The notes under the pieces: generated by a model | Database searches by the model: none | What the model saw: only the letters and a program-made list of their open reading frames with translations | What the model was told of the DNA's origin: nothing | Shown here: piece after piece, positions 60,041 to 64,000 of the stretch | Layout of the letters: the number at the start of each line of letters is the position of its first letter | Position numbering within the stretch: position 1 is the stretch's first letter | Program-made: the position numbers and the translations under genes | Source: Myxococcota bacterium | Lineage (GTDB): Bacteria; Myxococcota_A; UBA796; UBA2385 | Direction: 5' to 3' | DNA length: 64,000 bases | Assembly: GCA_044344255.1 (NCBI GenBank) | Contig: JBIJDH010000013.1 | Coordinates: forward strand, 64,001 to 128,000

Positions 60041-60473
60041 GCCCAACTCGGCCCTGCTCCTCATCGGAGCGCTGAGCCTCGCTGCGCTCCACGGCTGCGC
60101 CACTCACCACGCCATCGTCGGCCGAGTGGTGAACCGCAATGGCGAGCCGATGGACAAGGTCATCGTCTCCGTCCAACCGGGCGGCGTCGAGCTCATCACC
60201 GACTCCGAGGGCAACTTCGTCATCGACTACCTCCGCGATGACGAAGGAAACCGCGTGAAGCTGGCGAAGAAGTCCGACTATGCGCTCGAGACCTTTCGAA
60301 CCGGCTACCACGTCTCGACGACCACCTTCTACTTCAAGAAGGGGGAGCTGCTGCTCGAGCCGATCACGATGGCCGAGGACACCATCAAGGTGCGCGACAG
60401 CCAGGAGGACATCGACCCGGCGAAGCACACCGACCGGGCCCAGTCATCAGGTGCGGCGTACGAGGGGGAGTAG
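60024..60473 (+). CDS. Lipoprotein with carboxypeptidase-regulatory-like domain
   Basis: GGAGG RBS, lipobox LHGC, IVGRVVNRNGEP...TDSEGNF...GY. Confidence 0.78.
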
Positions 60474-61756
60474 TGTTCGCCTTTCTCCTCCTCTTCGCCT
60501 GCGCCTCCGATCCCGCCCCGGCACCGGTGGACACCGCGCTCGCCGGCGGCTGGCCTGCACTCGCGGCCAGCGACCCGGCGGCCCTCGGCGCCCTCTTTGA
60601 CCCTCAGCGAGAGGGCTGGATCGCCCTGCACGCCGGCGACTGGGAGGCCGCGGCGATCCGGCTCGAGGGCGCCCCGCGGGCCCGCGCCCTCCGCCACCTC
60701 GCCGCGGTCGAGGGCGACCTCGCGCGCCTCTCGGCCCTCGTCTGGGAGCGCACGCTCAGCCGCTGGGCCGACCAGGTGGGGATCTCCACGGGCAGCGCGC
60801 TCCCCGCGGTGGCCGCCCTGAGCCGCGCGGACGCCGGAGACGCCGCCGGCGCCGCCGCCTGGCTCCAACGAGGGGGCGGGTACACCGATCCCGACGTCAC
60901 CGCCCTCGCCTCCGCCCTCGCTTCCGAGCGTGCTGCGCTCGACCCCGCCGCCGCCCTCCCGAGCGGCGTCCCCGGGAGCCTCGGGGGCTGTGTCGGCCGC
61001 CACCAGGCGGTGCGGTCGGCCGCCGTCGACCCGGGCTCGTCGCCCGAGCTCGACGCGCTCTGCCCAGAGGGGGTCCTCGTGCGGGAGGCAGCCACCGACC
61101 ATGAGCGGGTCTTCTACGATCCCCTGGTGAGCCACACCCGCGCCCTTGTTCACACGAAGCAGGCCGACGCCATCACCGCGACCGAAAGCGCCGCTCCGCT
61201 GCCCCGCCTGCTCTTCACGGCCGCCTGGACCCTCCCCGATGCCGAAGCCCGCGCGGGGGGCGACGCGCTCGGCCCCACGCTCACCGCCCTCGGCCTCCCC
61301 TGGCCCCCGGGCCCCGACGACGAGGTGGAGCCAGCCCGAGAGTGGGTGCGCGCCCTCGACGCCCGGCTCGACGCCTGGGAGGCCGAACAAGTCGCCGCCG
61401 CCACCCCCGAGGGCCAGGCCCTGTACCGCGACCTCCAGCTCGTGCCGGTCTACCGGAGCCGGCTCCTCGTGGAGCAGACCCGCCGTGCCCTCCAGGACGG
61501 GCGACCGCATCAGGCCTTGGCGATCGCTCAACGCGCGCTCGACGTCGAGCACGCCCGCAGCGTCGGGCCCATCAACCCGCCCGAGCTCTTCGCCCTCCTC
61601 GCCGAGGCCAACCTCCGCACCGGCCGAACCCGCGAAGCGAAGGACGCGCTCGCCGTGCTCCTCCCCGGCTGGCCTTGGCTGCGCGGCCTCGACGAGACGC
61701 TGGGTGACCTCGCCGTCCTCGAGGGCATCGGCCGCGGCGGAGACTCGAAAGAGTAG
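60473..61756 (+). CDS. Hypothetical lipoprotein with C-terminal TPR-like helices
   Basis: LFAC lipobox; LLAEANLRTGRTREA. Coupled to the previous gene. Confidence 0.65.
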   Translation: MFAFLLLFACASDPAPAPVDTALAGGWPALAASDPAALGALFDPQREGWIALHAGDWEAAAIRLEGAPRARALRHLAAVEGDLARLSALVWERTLSRWADQVGISTGSALPAVAALSRADAGDAAGAAAWLQRGGGYTDPDVTALASALASERAALDPAAALPSGVPGSLGGCVGRHQAVRSAAVDPGSSPELDALCPEGVLVREAATDHERVFYDPLVSHTRALVHTKQADAITATESAAPLPRLLFTAAWTLPDAEARAGGDALGPTLTALGLPWPPGPDDEVEPAREWVRALDARLDAWEAEQVAAATPEGQALYRDLQLVPVYRSRLLVEQTRRALQDGRPHQALAIAQRALDVEHARSVGPINPPELFALLAEANLRTGRTREAKDALAVLLPGWPWLRGLDETLGDLAVLEGIGRGGDSKE

Positions 61757-61822
61757 CCGCCCCCGAGGCCTCGCCGCGACCTCTCCTGTCTCTCCCGCGA
61801 CCACGATTCCCCCGAGCCCACC

Positions 61823-63346
61823 ATGCTCCTGCCCGCCGCCTCGCTCCACTCCGCCCTCTCCATCCTGCTGCTGAGCCTCGCTCCGGCGGAGGCAGCGCCC
61901 TTCCGGTACGCCGAAGATCAAGCGCCCGCGGTCGTGAACCCGCTCTTCACCACCTCGATGAGCGAGGCGCGCCTGAACGAGCTGGTCTTTGAGGGTCTGT
62001 TCACGGACAACAAGGATCTCGCCACCACGCCCGAGCTGGCAGAGGGCGCCGAGATCAACGCCGATCGCACCGAGCAAATCGTCCACCTCCGCCAGGATGT
62101 GGTCTGGCACGACGGCAAGCCCTTCGTCGCCGACGACGTGGTCTTCACGATCCAGGCGATGCAGAGCGTCGGCACCGCATCCACCGAGGCGGGGCGGGTG
62201 GACTGGATCAAGAAGGCCGAGGCCATCGACTCTCACACGGTCAAGCTGACCTTCACGCGCCCCGAGGCCCGCCCGGAAGACAAGCTCTTCTTCAAGATCC
62301 TCCCCAAGGGCCGCTTCGCCAGCACGACGGTCAAGCGCACCGATCCCTTCCGCCAGTCCCCCATCGGGACCGGTCCGTACAAGGTGAGCAAGTTCAACGA
62401 TGACGGGAGCGTCACGATGAGCCGCTTCGACGCCTGGCACGACAAGACCACCCTCCAGGAGGTGGTCATGCGCGAGGTGTCAGACAAGAACTACCAGGCG
62501 AAGCTGCTGCTCTATGAGAGCCTCGAGGCGCTCGTCCGTGTGCTCCCGCGAGATCTGGCCGTCCTCAAGGCCGACCGCAAGGTCGAGCTGTACCCATACC
62601 AGACAAACTCCTGGTGGTACCTCGGCTTCAACATGGGCCGTGACCCCTGGAAGGACCCCGCAGTCCGGGGCGCCGTCGCTCGCCTGATCGACGTGCAGAG
62701 CCTGCTCGATCCAGTCGGCACCGGCGACATCCTCAGCGGCCCGTACGTCCCCTCGAGCCCCTACTACAACCACGACGTCGCCCCCTACCGCCGCGACCCC
62801 GTCAAGGCCGCGGAGCTCCTCACCACCGCTGGCTACACGCAGGTCGGTGGAAAGTGGACAAAGGGTGGCAAGGCGCTCTCGCTCCGCATCAGCGCCCACA
62901 AGTCGCTCGAGTCCTCCCAAGAGGTGGTGATCAACCTCCAGAGTCAGCTCCAGTCGAGCGGCCTCGATGTGACGGTCGACTTCCTCGACGACGCGATCTG
63001 GAAGTCCCAGATCTGGCGCGACCGAGACTACGACGTGGTGCTCAGCCAGTGGAGCTTCGATCGAAACGAGGACGTCCGGGAGCAGCTCCACTCCAAGGGC
63101 ACCCGCAACTTCACGGGCTACAACAACCCGAACGTAGACGCTTTGCTCGACCGCGCCCGCGACGCCCTCGAGCCGCAGCAGAAGAAGGGGGCGCTCCGGG
63201 AGCTCCATCGGGTCGTGCACGACGACTCGCCGATGGTCTTCCTCTGGACGCTCGACTCCTACAGCGCGATGAGCGTGCGGGTCCGAAACGTCGTGATCCA
63301 CCCCTTCTACTTCTTCACCTGGATCAAGGACTGGCAGACCCGGTGA
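61823..63346 (+). CDS. Peptide/nickel ABC transporter substrate-binding protein (family 5)
   Basis: LRQDVVWHDGKPFVADDVVFT, PIGTGPY, VDALLDRAR. Confidence 0.93.
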   Translation: MLLPAASLHSALSILLLSLAPAEAAPFRYAEDQAPAVVNPLFTTSMSEARLNELVFEGLFTDNKDLATTPELAEGAEINADRTEQIVHLRQDVVWHDGKPFVADDVVFTIQAMQSVGTASTEAGRVDWIKKAEAIDSHTVKLTFTRPEARPEDKLFFKILPKGRFASTTVKRTDPFRQSPIGTGPYKVSKFNDDGSVTMSRFDAWHDKTTLQEVVMREVSDKNYQAKLLLYESLEALVRVLPRDLAVLKADRKVELYPYQTNSWWYLGFNMGRDPWKDPAVRGAVARLIDVQSLLDPVGTGDILSGPYVPSSPYYNHDVAPYRRDPVKAAELLTTAGYTQVGGKWTKGGKALSLRISAHKSLESSQEVVINLQSQLQSSGLDVTVDFLDDAIWKSQIWRDRDYDVVLSQWSFDRNEDVREQLHSKGTRNFTGYNNPNVDALLDRARDALEPQQKKGALRELHRVVHDDSPMVFLWTLDSYSAMSVRVRNVVIHPFYFFTWIKDWQTR

Positions 63347-64000
63347 GCCCCGGCGCCGCGCTGCTGCGGGCCATCGGGTTGCGGGTGGGGCGCTTCGTCG
63401 GCACCCTGGTGGGCGCGTGGGCGCTCTTGCAGCTCCTGCTGGCCCTGGCCCCCGGCGATCCGATCGACCTGCTGCCGAACGGGCCCGAGGTCCGCGCCAC
63501 GCTCGAGGTCGAGTGGGGCCTCGATCAGCCCGTGCCGGTGCGGATCCTCAACAGCCTGCGCCGCGCGAGCGAGGGAGATCTCGGCACCAGCCTCGTCACC
63601 CGCCCCGGCGCGCCGGTGTCCACCCTCGCCCGCGAGGCCTGGACACGCTCCCTCGGCCTCCTGCTGCCGGCGCTGGCCTTGGGCCTCGGCTCCGCGGCGC
63701 TCTTCGGGGCCCTCCGCCTCCCGGGGCCCCTCCGGCGTCCGCTGCAGGCCTTGAGCGTGCTGCCCGCCTTCCTCGCCGCCTACCTGTCCGTCTCGGCGAT
63801 CAACGCGCTCACCTGGGCCCTGCTCCAGCGCGGGCTGATCGCGCGCCCGGACTGGTTCGCCCTCCCGGACACGGCCTCCGGCCTCCGCACGGCCCTGGCC
63901 ATCGCCGTGCTCGCCTGGAGCTCCGGCCTGCTCTCCGGCACGGCCCTCGAGGTGGAGAACGAGCTCAGCCGCCTCCGGCAGAGCGGCTTCATCGAGGCCG
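63343..64000 (+). CDS. Peptide ABC transporter permease, DppB/OppB-like (3'-truncated)
   Basis: Manual translation from GTG 63343 gives LAPGDP, WGLDQP, GDLGTSL. Not in the ORF track because it has no stop in the window. Confidence 0.88.
   Translation, partial: MSPGAALLRAIGLRVGRFVGTLVGAWALLQLLLALAPGDPIDLLPNGPEVRATLEVEWGLDQPVPVRILNSLRRASEGDLGTSLVTRPGAPVSTLAREAWTRSLGLLLPALALGLGSAALFGALRLPGPLRRPLQALSVLPAFLAAYLSVSAINALTWALLQRGLIARPDWFALPDTASGLRTALAIAVLAWSSGLLSGTALEVENELSRLRQSGFIEA

Overview
A GC-rich (roughly 70%+ by eye), densely coding bacterial chromosome segment. It is most consistent with a Myxococcota-like (myxobacterial) organism, judged from a MYXO-CTERM-like tail, a zinc-ribbon/GYF-TPR protein, a Ser/Thr kinase-fold receptor and many lipoproteins; this taxonomy is inference. 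Housekeeping genes: rpsA (5'-truncated), lapA-like, rsmB, mutS, an amidase, xerD, ggt, gmd/rmd, trmL, grpE, purE/purD/purH and a peptide ABC transporter (3'-truncated). Main observations: (1) a 28-bp dif-like Xer site at 17692-17719, 3.3 kb from xerD and at the point where gene orientation flips; (2) a single-domain voltage-gated channel whose filter (TGEAW) matches the domain-IV filter of animal Cav channels; (3) a tandem pair of unknown paralogous membrane proteins next to dif, one with an acidic and one with a basic tail; (4) an orphan GAD-like/Tdi1 immunity gene between a decayed and an intact copy of part of rsmB; (5) a trans-envelope signalling cluster with two apparently ATPase-dead histidine kinases; (6) a membrane pseudokinase upstream of a peptide ABC importer, plus other pseudoenzymes. 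No tRNA, rRNA, CRISPR array, IS element or prophage was seen. All family calls come from manual motif reading; no database searches were run.
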